The notes beneath the pieces are model-generated. The model saw only the letters and a list, made by a program, of their open reading frames with translations. It was not told the origin of the DNA and did not search any database. A DNA stretch of 64,000 nt, taken from NCBI GenBank assembly GCA_965214205.1, contig OZ243941.1, positions 2,225,419 to 2,289,418 on the forward strand. The letters are read 5' to 3'. Source of the stretch: Candidatus Poriferihabitaceae bacterium. GTDB lineage: Bacteria > Pseudomonadota > Gammaproteobacteria > Arenicellales > Poriferihabitantaceae. A program made the position numbers and the translations under genes. Positions 1 to 8,715 of the stretch are shown here, piece after piece (within the stretch, counting starts at the first letter, position 1; the number at the start of each line of letters is the position of its first letter).

Positions 1-732
1 GATGTCACCAACAGCCTGGCGGTACTGGGCGTAATGGGACCGAACAGCCGGGCCTTGCTCAGCGAGGTTCTCGGCATCGACATGAGTACGCCGGCGTTTC
101 CGTTCGGCATGTCCAGACCCATCGAAATCGGTTGCGCGGTCGGACGGGCGGCGCGGGTTTCCTATGTCGGAGAGCTGGGATGGGAATTGTATATCCCGGC
201 GGACATGGCGCGTCACGGATTTGACACGCTGTGGCGGGCCGGGGAAAAACATGGCCTGGTGATGGCCGGACTGCATGCGCTGGACAGTGGCCGCATCGAA
301 AAGAAATTCGTGCACTTCGGCCACGATGTCGCCGACACGGATACGCCGCTGGAATGCGGGCTCGGGTTTGTCTGCGATTATCAAAAGGATATTCCTTTCA
401 TTGGCCGCGACGCCATGCTTCGGCAAAAAGAGACCGGAAGCTGGAAAAGAAAACGCATGGCGCAGTTCCTGCTCCAGGACCCGGAAGAAGTACTGTATCA
501 CCACGAGCCGATCCTGCGGGATGGCAAACGGGTCGGACATCTGACCTCAGGCAACTACGGCCATACCCTGGGCGGGGCTGTCGGTCTGGGATACGTCTAC
601 CATGATGACGGGGTGGACGCCGACTATATCGACTCCGGGACCTTCGCCATCGAGGTCGCCGACCGTATCGTTCCGGCCCGGGCCAGCCTGTCGGCGATGT
701 ATGATCCCGGAGCCAAAAGAATGCGGGGATGA
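1..732 (+). CDS. 3' part of a GcvT/aminomethyltransferase-domain protein (C-terminal half of a dimethylglycine/sarcosine-dehydrogenase-like enzyme). The 5' end lies outside the window.
   Basis: Frame 1 is open from base 1 to the stop at 730-732. Motifs VSYVGELGWELY, GLHALDSGRIEKKF and GHLTSGNYGHTLGGAVGLGYV are typical of the GcvT / GcvT_C fold. Confidence 0.7.
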   Translation, partial: DVTNSLAVLGVMGPNSRALLSEVLGIDMSTPAFPFGMSRPIEIGCAVGRAARVSYVGELGWELYIPADMARHGFDTLWRAGEKHGLVMAGLHALDSGRIEKKFVHFGHDVADTDTPLECGLGFVCDYQKDIPFIGRDAMLRQKETGSWKRKRMAQFLLQDPEEVLYHHEPILRDGKRVGHLTSGNYGHTLGGAVGLGYVYHDDGVDADYIDSGTFAIEVADRIVPARASLSAMYDPGAKRMRG

Positions 733-811
733 TTGACTGCAATCCGGGGACAACCTAGAATGCAGCGGCGGTTTCAACAAATCAAATAATTATTAACACC
801 GAGGGTTACTT

Positions 812-1894
812 ATGATTCACTCACACGCAACAAAATCCGGGCTGAAGGCCGTACTCGCCTCCGTATCCATTGCGGTACTGCTAGCGGCGCCGGTACAACA
901 GGCTGACGCCGAAGACAAGATCAGATGGAAGGTGCAGTCCACCTTCAACACGGCCTGGCCGGCTCTTGGTGACCCCATTGCCTACCTGGCCGATACTCTG
1001 GACCGGTCGACGGACGGCCGTATCAAGCTGAAAATCTACGAACCCGGCAAAATCGTGCCGCCGCTTGAAATCACTCCTTCGATCACCAAGGGAGATCTGC
1101 CCGCGGCCTATAATTACCTGGCTTATGACCAGGGACGCATCCCATCGGCAGTCCTGTTTTCCGCCGTCCCGTTCGGCATGGAGCCCTGGGAATACGCGGC
1201 CTGGTGGTTCGAGGGTGAAGGCTCCGGTCTGGCCGCGGAAATTTATCACCAGCGCAATGTCCATCCGTTACTGTGCAGCACCATCGGTCCCGAAACAGCG
1301 GGCTGGTACCGAAAACCGATCAAGGGGCTGGATGATTTGCAGGGTCTGAAAATCAGATTCTCCGGACTTGGCGGCATGGTACTGAATGAAATCGGCGCGT
1401 CAGCGACCCTGATGGCGGGCGGTGAAATCTTCGCGGCTCTTGAGAAAGGAACGCTGGACGCAACCGAGTATTCGATGCCGGCGATTGATGAAATACTGGG
1501 ATTCCACAAGATCGCCAAATACAACCTGTTCCCCGGCTGGCATCAGCCTTCGACCTCAACCCACCTGCTGATCAACCTCGATATCTGGAACGAACTGTCG
1601 GCGGCGGATCAGGCGCTGTTCGAGATGGCTTGCACGGCGGCCACGATGCGGGCAATCACTCGCGGCGAGTCGTTGCAGGGGGCCCAGATTCAGGGATTTG
1701 CGGATAAGGGCGTAACCGCGGCCAAGCTACCCGATGACGTCATCGAGGAACTCAAGAGGGTTTCCATGGAGGTCATCAACGAGGAAGCGGCCAAGGATGC
1801 GGATTTCAAAAGGGTATGGGAATCCCAACAGGCGTTCCACGAGCAGTATCAGGTCTGGAAAGAATGGGGTTACCTGCCCAGGAATTTCAACTGA
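812..1894 (+). CDS. TRAP transporter substrate-binding protein (DctP-type, mannitol/chloroaromatic-like subfamily)
   Basis: 360 aa with an N-terminal signal peptide (AVLLAAPVQQADA). Family-typical stretches are LKIRFSGLGG, TLDATEYSMPAIDE and FPGWHQPST. It is followed by DctQ- and DctM-like genes. Confidence 0.8.
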   Translation: MIHSHATKSGLKAVLASVSIAVLLAAPVQQADAEDKIRWKVQSTFNTAWPALGDPIAYLADTLDRSTDGRIKLKIYEPGKIVPPLEITPSITKGDLPAAYNYLAYDQGRIPSAVLFSAVPFGMEPWEYAAWWFEGEGSGLAAEIYHQRNVHPLLCSTIGPETAGWYRKPIKGLDDLQGLKIRFSGLGGMVLNEIGASATLMAGGEIFAALEKGTLDATEYSMPAIDEILGFHKIAKYNLFPGWHQPSTSTHLLINLDIWNELSAADQALFEMACTAATMRAITRGESLQGAQIQGFADKGVTAAKLPDDVIEELKRVSMEVINEEAAKDADFKRVWESQQAFHEQYQVWKEWGYLPRNFN

Positions 1895-1949
1895 TCGGAT
1901 AACCTGAAATGCGGGGCGGCTGACTGCCGTAATGCCTGCCCCACCGACT

Positions 1950-1974
1950 CCGCAGCCGATTATTCCGGCTGCGG
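1950..1974 (+). terminator. Intercistronic GC-rich hairpin between dctP-like and dctQ-like genes (possible partial terminator or mRNA-stabilising stem)
   Basis: CCGCAGCCG-attattc-CGGCTGCGG forms a 9-bp perfect stem. It is followed by a weak T tract (ggtttcc). Confidence 0.35.
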
Positions 1975-2019
1975 GGTTTCCCGTTGATTCAATCAGGCCC
2001 CCGTGTTAAACAGGAAGAC

Positions 2020-2610
2020 ATGTCTGAAGTTACAGAAATCGTCGAGTCTCTGGAGCATCATGACGCTCTGGTTGAAACGCCCCTGAGCAGGAAGCTGGAC
2101 GCCTTCGTCCTGTCGATATGCGAAGTATTCAACTGGATCTGGGTTGCCCTGCTGCTGGTCATTATCGGCAATGTCATCCTGAGGTACGCGTTCAGCCAGG
2201 GCATGATCGAACTCGAGGAGTTGCAGTGGCATCTGTACGCCATTGGCTGGCTGATGGGACTTTCCTCAACCTTTATCGTGGATGGTCATGTGCGGGTGGA
2301 CGTGCTGCACGACAAATTGTCCTACAAAGGCAAAATGTGGTTCGAACTGGCCGGACTGATGGTGTTGTTTTTGCCATTCGTCATCTTTGTGCTCTGGTAT
2401 TCACTGGATCTGGTCGCGCTTTCTTGGTCCACCAGCGAACGTTCGACCTCGGCCAACGGCTTGCCCGCCAGATGGGTTATCAAGGGATTCCTGACTTTCA
2501 GCTTCATACTGCTTTGTCTGGCTGGCGCCTCGCGGCTGATCAAAGTCGTGGCCTCGTTGAAATCACCGCCCGACCCGGATCAGGCCTCTCTTTCCAAAGG
2601 CGCGGCGTAG
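2020..2610 (+). CDS. TRAP transporter small permease (DctQ family)
   Basis: The ORF 1984-2610 is open, but the ATG at 2020 is preceded by AGGAAG. There are four hydrophobic helices, and the position between SBP and DctM is typical. Confidence 0.7.
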   Translation: MSEVTEIVESLEHHDALVETPLSRKLDAFVLSICEVFNWIWVALLLVIIGNVILRYAFSQGMIELEELQWHLYAIGWLMGLSSTFIVDGHVRVDVLHDKLSYKGKMWFELAGLMVLFLPFVIFVLWYSLDLVALSWSTSERSTSANGLPARWVIKGFLTFSFILLCLAGASRLIKVVASLKSPPDPDQASLSKGAA

Positions 2611-2619
2611 CCGGTTTCG

Positions 2620-3981
2620 ATGATTGAGTTCGAAGCCAATCACTACATGGCGCTGGGGCTGTTCGCCTCCTTCATCATTTTTATTTTCCTGGGCTACCCG
2701 GTGGCCTGGCTAATGGGGGGGCTGGCGATCCTTTTCACCCTGATATCCGTATTGTCGGATACCTGGCTGGACACGTTCTTCGGAGTTGACTGGGGATACG
2801 CCTCAATCATGGTGGACCGAATTTACGCGGTTATGAGCAACTGGGTGCTGGTCGCCCTGCCGATGTTCATTTTCATGGGGATCATGCTGGACCGGTCGGG
2901 GATTGCGGAAGACCTGATGACCGACCTGGCCAGACTGTTCGGTCGGATGAGAGGCGGTATCGCGATCGCCGTGGTCTTCATCGGGGTATTGCTGGCCGCG
3001 TCAACCGGCATTATCGGCGCCTCTGTCGTGCTGCTGGCGATACTGGGTATCCCGTTGATGCTGAAGAACAAATACAGCCCGGAACTGTCCTGCGGCGTGG
3101 TTTGCGCGACCGGCACTCTGGGGATCCTGATTCCACCGAGCATCATGCTGGTCATGATGGGCGACCAGATCGGAATATCGGTTGGCGACCTGTTCATGGG
3201 AGCGGTATTTCCCGGCTTGTTGCTGGGCATTTTCTATACGGTCTATATCGTCACCTATGCGTGGTTCGCGCCAAATGTGGCGCCCGCGCCTGAAAACGCC
3301 GAACCGGTCACCGCGAAAATCCTGCTCAATGTACTGCGTTCCACCATACCCCCGGCGTTGCTTATCTTTGCGGTGCTCGGCAGTATTTTCTTCGGCATCG
3401 CGACGCCGACGGAAGCGTCCGGGGTCGGGGCGCTGGGAGCGACCCTGCTCGCTCTGATGCGGGGCCGGTTATCCTGGAAGGAATTGAATGATGTCGTCCA
3501 GAAAACCTCCCGAACCACCGCCTACATATTTGCGCTGTTTGTCGGCGCGACTGCGTTTTCCCTGGTGCTGCGCGGTCTGGGCGGCGATGAAGTGATCGAG
3601 GGAGCGCTGACCGCCCTGCCCTTCGGCACCCAGGGCGTGGTCATTATCGTGTTGTTGTCGGCGTTCATTCTCGGCTTCTTTCTGGACTGGATTGAAATTA
3701 CGCTGATTATCCTGCCCCTGATTGCGCCGGTAATCAGCGATCTGGGGGTCAACATCGTGTGGTTCACCGTCATGTTTGCGGTCTGCCTCCAGACCTCCTT
3801 CATCACGCCACCGGTCGGTTTCGCGCTTTTCTACATGAAAGGGGTGGCGCCCAAGGGGATCGAGATTACCCAGGTGTACAAGGGCGTAATCCCGTTCGTG
3901 ATCCTCCAGATGATCGCCGTATGGGTCATATTCCAATGGCCCGCGCTGGTCACCTGGCTGCCCGATATCGCTTATCGGTAG
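2620..3981 (+). CDS. TRAP transporter large permease (DctM family)
   Basis: 453 aa polytopic membrane protein with DctM-like stretches ([26 protein letters not shown]). Its 3' end overlaps the convergent mnmG 3' end by 32 bp. Confidence 0.85.
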   Translation: MIEFEANHYMALGLFASFIIFIFLGYPVAWLMGGLAILFTLISVLSDTWLDTFFGVDWGYASIMVDRIYAVMSNWVLVALPMFIFMGIMLDRSGIAEDLMTDLARLFGRMRGGIAIAVVFIGVLLAASTGIIGASVVLLAILGIPLMLKNKYSPELSCGVVCATGTLGILIPPSIMLVMMGDQIGISVGDLFMGAVFPGLLLGIFYTVYIVTYAWFAPNVAPAPENAEPVTAKILLNVLRSTIPPALLIFAVLGSIFFGIATPTEASGVGALGATLLALMRGRLSWKELNDVVQKTSRTTAYIFALFVGATAFSLVLRGLGGDEVIEGALTALPFGTQGVVIIVLLSAFILGFFLDWIEITLIILPLIAPVISDLGVNIVWFTVMFAVCLQTSFITPPVGFALFYMKGVAPKGIEITQVYKGVIPFVILQMIAVWVIFQWPALVTWLPDIAYR

Positions 3982-5872
3982 CTCTCCCGTCATTGTCGGC
4001 GCGTCTGATTTTCTTCAGATGGACCAGCAATAGGGAAACGGCAGCCGGGGTCACCCCCGGAATCCGGGCAGCCTGACCGACTGTCTGCGGGCGGGTTTCG
4101 GTCAATTTCTGTTGAGCCTCAGCGGACAACCCTCTCACCCCGGCGTAATCCACCGACTGCGGGATCGTCAGCCGGTCACTGTTTTTCTGACGTTCGATTT
4201 CGATCATCTGGCGCTCGATATAGCCACTGTATCGAGCCTGAATCTCAAGTTGCCGGATGCTGTCCGGGTCGTCAAGCGGAGAATCCAGTTGAGCCAGTTC
4301 AACCAGGCCGTGGTAGTCAATCTCCGGTCTCCTCAGCAGATCAAGCAGATTGGCCTCCCGTTGCAATGGCTGGCCGAGAAGGCGTTGAATCCGTGCCGGG
4401 TCGGTTTTGTCCGGGTGAATCCAGGTTCTCTCCAGGCGCCCTTTTTCCCGTTCAATCCGGTTCCTTTTCAGGGTGAAGGCGGCGATGCGCTGATCATCCA
4501 CAACCCCCAACCGGAAACCCGTTTCAGTCAACCGCAGGTCGGCATTGTCTTCACGAAGCTGCAGTCGGTATTCCGCGCGGGAGGTGAACATCCGATAAGG
4601 CTCGGCGGCGCCACGAGTCACCAGGTCATCAATCATGACTCCGATATAGGCCTCGTTCCGGGCCGGGCTCCAGGGTTCCTCCTGCCTGATCTTCAACGCC
4701 GCGTTGATGCCCGCGATCAAACCCTGGCCCGCCGCTTCCTCATATCCAGTGGTGCCGTTGATCTGTCCAGCGAAGAATAATCCGTCGACCGATTTGGTTT
4801 CCAGCGAATTGTTGAGGCCGCGCGGATCAAAAAAATCATATTCGATAGCATAGCCGGGGCGGGTGATCAGGGCCCGTTCAAAGCCTTTGATGGTTCTCAC
4901 GAAGGCATGCTGCACATCGAACGGCAGGCTGGTGGAAATACCGTTGGGATACACTTCCGTGGTATTCAGCCCTTCCGGTTCGACAAAAATCTGATGGCTG
5001 TTCTGCTCGGCGAAGCGCACCACCTTGTCCTCAACCGAGGGGCAGTAACGCGGCCCCACCCCTTCAATTTCGCCGCCGTAAAGCGGTGACCGATGCAGGG
5101 ATTCCCGGATGATTTCATGGGTCCGGTCATTGGTATGCGTAATGTGGCAACAGACCTGCTCAGGATGCTGCTCTGCGCCGCCGAGAAAAGAGAACACGGG
5201 AACAGGACGGTCTCCCGGTTGTTTTTCCAGCTTGCCATAGTCGATGGTTTTGCCGTCGATCCGCGGCGGAGTCCCGGTTTTCAGCCGGTCCACGCGAAAC
5301 GGCAACTCCCGCAGCCGGTTCGCCAGCGCGATGGACGGAGGGTCGCCAGCCCGCCCGCCTGTGGACTGGTCCATTCCGACATGAATTTTACCGTTCAGGA
5401 AAGTCCCCGCCGTCAATATCACAACCGGCGCTTCAATCTCGATTCCCGACCCGGTTTTAATCCCGGTCACCCGGTCTCCGCACAGGATCAGGTCATCAAC
5501 GGACTGCTGGAATACGGTCAGGCCGGGTTGATGCTCAACCGCCCGCCGAATCGCCATTTTATACAGCGCCCGGTCCGCCTGGGCGCGCGTCGCCTGTACC
5601 GCTGGCCCTTTCCGGGAATTCAATTTGCGAAAATGAATGCCGGATTGGTCAATCGCCCTGGCCATGACGCCGCCGAGAGCGTCAATCTCCTTGACAATAT
5701 GGCCCTTGCCAATTCCTCCGATCGCTGGATTGCATGACATCTGCCCGATTGTTTCGATATTGTGGGTAATCAACAGGGCCCGGCAGTTCATCCGGGCAGC
5801 CGCCAGCGCCGCTTCCACGCCGGCGTGACCGCCGCCGATCACCACGATCTCGAATTTTTCCGGATATTTCAT
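3950..5872 (-). CDS. mnmG: tRNA uridine 5-carboxymethylaminomethyl modification enzyme MnmG (GidA)
   Basis: 640 aa. It has the N-terminal FAD motif [12 protein letters not shown], then [22 protein letters not shown] and [16 protein letters not shown], with full-length collinearity to GidA. Confidence 0.95.
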   Translation of the reverse strand: MKYPEKFEIVVIGGGHAGVEAALAAARMNCRALLITHNIETIGQMSCNPAIGGIGKGHIVKEIDALGGVMARAIDQSGIHFRKLNSRKGPAVQATRAQADRALYKMAIRRAVEHQPGLTVFQQSVDDLILCGDRVTGIKTGSGIEIEAPVVILTAGTFLNGKIHVGMDQSTGGRAGDPPSIALANRLRELPFRVDRLKTGTPPRIDGKTIDYGKLEKQPGDRPVPVFSFLGGAEQHPEQVCCHITHTNDRTHEIIRESLHRSPLYGGEIEGVGPRYCPSVEDKVVRFAEQNSHQIFVEPEGLNTTEVYPNGISTSLPFDVQHAFVRTIKGFERALITRPGYAIEYDFFDPRGLNNSLETKSVDGLFFAGQINGTTGYEEAAGQGLIAGINAALKIRQEEPWSPARNEAYIGVMIDDLVTRGAAEPYRMFTSRAEYRLQLREDNADLRLTETGFRLGVVDDQRIAAFTLKRNRIEREKGRLERTWIHPDKTDPARIQRLLGQPLQREANLLDLLRRPEIDYHGLVELAQLDSPLDDPDSIRQLEIQARYSGYIERQMIEIERQKNSDRLTIPQSVDYAGVRGLSAEAQQKLTETRPQTVGQAARIPGVTPAAVSLLLVHLKKIRRADNDGRATDKRYRAAR

Positions 5873-5904
5873 TAGCCGGGGCTGAAATCACTTGCGGTCA
5901 AAGG

Positions 5905-7530
5905 CTATTGATAATAATAATCATACTTCTGCAGGATTTCCCAGGTGAATCCCCAAGCCTCGTTGAAAGTCAGATTACTGTCATCGGGAATCACGATTCT
6001 GGTATACAGCGACTTGCCCAGCCGGTTTTTCAGGTCTTCCAGGATGGCATCCAGTTGGTCTCTGGAAACCGGAGCCAAACCGGGGTCGTCCGGTCGCTTG
6101 ATGCTGTACGACAAGGTTCCGCTGATTTTCTCCACCCGGACTTCCGCCACGGTTTTGCCGACCGGACTCCTCGCCGGACGAACCAGCTTGCGGTACTGGG
6201 CGTCCAGACTTTCGTACTCTTCCTGCAGGGACTGATACTGCTGGGCGGAAGTATCCGCGCTCGCCCTCAAAGCGGCAATCTCCACTTCCCGTTGCTCAAT
6301 CAATTCCTGCAGCGCCAGAATCTCATCGGTCACCCGCGCGTACCGCTCCGCCGCGCTCTCATTGACTCTTTCCACTTGCGCCATTTCTTCGGTCAACAAC
6401 TGGTTCTCAAGAGTGGACCGGGACAACAATCGTCTCAAGTGTTCAAGTTGCTCTGACAGCGTGTAGATACGGTCTTCCAGTGTGGTTCTTTCGTCAATCA
6501 GGGAAGCGATTTCAGCTTCGGACTGCATCTTCAACTCTGCCAGCGTTTCGTCCAGAGACCCGATATTCCGGGTTAAAAGCAGTTCGCTGGCAGTCAACTC
6601 CACCAGTTCGTCCTGTAACTTACGCTCAATCTCGGTCAGTGAAGCAACCTGTTGAAGCGCCTGCGCCAGTGATTCCGCCAACGAGACGCGTTCGGCCTCG
6701 ACATTTTCCAGCATGACTTCGAGGTCCGCCTTTTGCTGTGTCAGATCATCCCGCGCCGCGGCCAGCAACGCCACTTCTTCCTGCAACCCGCTCTCACTGT
6801 TGATCAGCGTGGCAATCTGTTCACGCGCCTGCGTCAGCGATTCCGTCAGTGAGGAGCGTTCGGCCTCGACATTTTCCAGCATGACTTCGAGGTCCGCCTT
6901 TTGCTGTGTCAGATCATCCCGCGCCGCGGCCAGCAACGCCACTTCTTCCTGTAACCCGCTCTCACTGTTGATCAGCGTGGCAATCTGTTCACGCGCCTGC
7001 GTCAGCGATTCCGTCAGTGAGGAGCGTTCGGCTTCGACGCGTTGCAACAAAGTCTGGAGATCCGCTGTGTCGGCGGTCAGGCCCTCCACCTTCGCTGAGG
7101 TTTCAAGCTGGGCCTGTTGCAGTCGCACGTTGGCCTGCTCAAGCTCCTCCCGCACCGCGTTCACTGACTCCAGATCCGCCAGCAGTTCAACCTGATGCTC
7201 GGACAACGAGGCAATCCGGTCCAGCGCCTGCGTCAACGACATCGACAATGAGGTTCGCTCGGTTTCCGCGCTTTCCAGAGAGGCTTCCAACTCCGTATTT
7301 TTTTGCAACAGATCCTGATTGGCCAGCATCACAGCCTCCCTGGCCGTGATATTGGTCAGTAACTCACTGCTCAATCCGAAATTGCGCACCATGATGACGA
7401 CCAGCGTCATCAGGAATATCATCACGATTACCGTCATGATATCGGTAAAAGACGGCCATACGCTGTCATCCCCGATACCTGTGGCGCCGTGGCCGATCCT
7501 GAGATCGACAAAGCCGTTGGTTTTCAGCAT
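5905..7530 (-). CDS. MotB-like membrane protein. It has an N-terminal MotB-type TM/plug helix with the conserved Asp, about 390 aa of coiled coil with internal repeats, and a small C-terminal domain that is not OmpA-like. Function unknown.
   Basis: 541 aa. VWPSFTDIMTVIVMIFLMTLVV resembles the MotB TM helix (W....aD.mT). Residues about 55-445 are heptad-rich and essentially free of Pro and Gly. The C-terminus is VAEVRVEKISG...YTRIVIPDDSNLTFNEAWGF. The gene lies 14 bp downstream of the MotA-like gene. Confidence 0.8.
   Translation of the reverse strand: MLKTNGFVDLRIGHGATGIGDDSVWPSFTDIMTVIVMIFLMTLVVIMVRNFGLSSELLTNITAREAVMLANQDLLQKNTELEASLESAETERTSLSMSLTQALDRIASLSEHQVELLADLESVNAVREELEQANVRLQQAQLETSAKVEGLTADTADLQTLLQRVEAERSSLTESLTQAREQIATLINSESGLQEEVALLAAARDDLTQQKADLEVMLENVEAERSSLTESLTQAREQIATLINSESGLQEEVALLAAARDDLTQQKADLEVMLENVEAERVSLAESLAQALQQVASLTEIERKLQDELVELTASELLLTRNIGSLDETLAELKMQSEAEIASLIDERTTLEDRIYTLSEQLEHLRRLLSRSTLENQLLTEEMAQVERVNESAAERYARVTDEILALQELIEQREVEIAALRASADTSAQQYQSLQEEYESLDAQYRKLVRPARSPVGKTVAEVRVEKISGTLSYSIKRPDDPGLAPVSRDQLDAILEDLKNRLGKSLYTRIVIPDDSNLTFNEAWGFTWEILQKYDYYYQ
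6688..7023. repeat. Tandem duplication, 2 x 168 bp (56 codons each), inside the coiled-coil gene
   Basis: 6688-6855 and 6856-7023 are identical except C6784 versus T6952. The first 9 bp recur at 7024-7032, and degenerate older copies flank the pair. Confidence 0.9.
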
Positions 7531-7544
7531 TCGGCAGTCCGGCT

Positions 7545-8561
7545 CTAGGGTTCCAGGCCCCCGGGTCGCAACCGGAATCCACGTTGCAACAGGGTTACAA
7601 CCTCATTCAGATTTTCATTATTCTGGCTGGTTGTGGACATCTGGACTTCAATCATTTCACGGATCAGGGCCAGCATTTCCTGATTGCCCTGATCTTCCAT
7701 TGCCCGCGACTCCAGCAGTTCCGTCAGTTTCTGTGTTACCCGTTCCTGGGCCTGTCCCAATTTTTCAATCAACTCACCGGCGGACTGGATATCCGAGAAA
7801 TCCAGCGCCGACCCTTGCTGGCCGCCCTGGAGATGCGGTATCAATGTGGTCGCGGTCACTTCCTCGATCTTGCTGATCAGGAAAGTCTGGGTGTCGGTCA
7901 GTTTGATATAAAAATAGCCGAAGAACAGATACGCGAGGATTGCGGTCAGGGTGGTGGACAGTGCGGTGGACATGCCGAAAATCATAGTGCCCAGACCTTG
8001 AGCGCTTTCCTGGTCACCGCCCGGAAGAATATTGATCTGCCCGCTGCTCTGCAAAATATCAGAAGCGCCCAGCAACGAAATCGACAGAGAAACAATCGTT
8101 CCGAACACGCCGGTCAGGATCAGCACATTGTGGACAAATTTCAGAAAACTGTTGCGGCTTGATTCAGAGGCCAGCAAGGTGGCGGCCAGGGCATTGTGAT
8201 TGATGGCCTCACGTCGAAGACTCAGTGACTGAAGGGTCAGAAACCGCTCAGAGATCATCAGTTTGCGGGGAATTCCAATCAATGGTTCACTGCCTGTACC
8301 GAGATTGGACTGCAACCGATTGATCGCCTGCTCCTGGTTCCGATACTCCATGAATCGCTTGATCAGTTCAAACAGGCCGCAAACAAACAGAAGCAGGATG
8401 CCTCCGTTGATCAGCCAGCCTACCGCGTTGACCTGGTTATGGAAATAAATCTGTGTGATCAGGTCCCGCTGCCAAACCCCCGCGATTGCCAGAATTCCCA
8501 GAACAAGCAGTATTTGTAACAGAATATTTCGAGTGTAATTATGTGGAGTAGCGTCAATCAT
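7545..8561 (-). CDS. MotA/TolQ/ExbB-family proton-channel-like membrane protein with a helical acidic C-terminal tail
   Basis: 338 aa with four hydrophobic helices. The last two, ILTGVFGTIVSLSISLLG and GMSTALSTTLTAILAYLFFGYF, match the MotA_ExbB pattern. About 110 aa of charged helical sequence follow. Confidence 0.75.
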   Translation of the reverse strand: MIDATPHNYTRNILLQILLVLGILAIAGVWQRDLITQIYFHNQVNAVGWLINGGILLLFVCGLFELIKRFMEYRNQEQAINRLQSNLGTGSEPLIGIPRKLMISERFLTLQSLSLRREAINHNALAATLLASESSRNSFLKFVHNVLILTGVFGTIVSLSISLLGASDILQSSGQINILPGGDQESAQGLGTMIFGMSTALSTTLTAILAYLFFGYFYIKLTDTQTFLISKIEEVTATTLIPHLQGGQQGSALDFSDIQSAGELIEKLGQAQERVTQKLTELLESRAMEDQGNQEMLALIREMIEVQMSTTSQNNENLNEVVTLLQRGFRLRPGGLEP

Positions 8562-8635
8562 TCTATTTTTCCAGGTTCATTCGTATCGGGTTCAGCTTGT
8601 CCATTCGATGGCCGCCGCCGTCAGAATTGCGCCGT

Positions 8636-8651
8636 ATTATACCGAATTATA
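8636..8651 (-). promoter_or_regulatory. Two TATAAT hexamers (minus strand) upstream of the MotA-like gene. Candidate -10 elements.
   Basis: The plus-strand string ATTATA occurs at 8636-8641 and 8646-8651, which reads TATAAT on the coding strand. They lie 75-90 bp upstream of the ATG at 8561, and no -35 element was verified. Confidence 0.25.
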
Positions 8652-8715
8652 CAAGTAATTATTTTTTCGCAGGAAAAACATTCAAAGGCTGGCCGGCCAC
8701 GCGGCAATTTGAAAG

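Noticed and set aside
5905-8561. Interpretation of the MotA/MotB-like pair as a Zorya anti-phage system (ZorAB)
   Set aside because: No ZorC/ZorD/ZorE-like genes are adjacent. The long coiled coil is on the B-type subunit, not the A-type subunit, and the B subunit lacks a recognisable peptidoglycan-binding domain. The pair is retained as a novel stator-like candidate instead.
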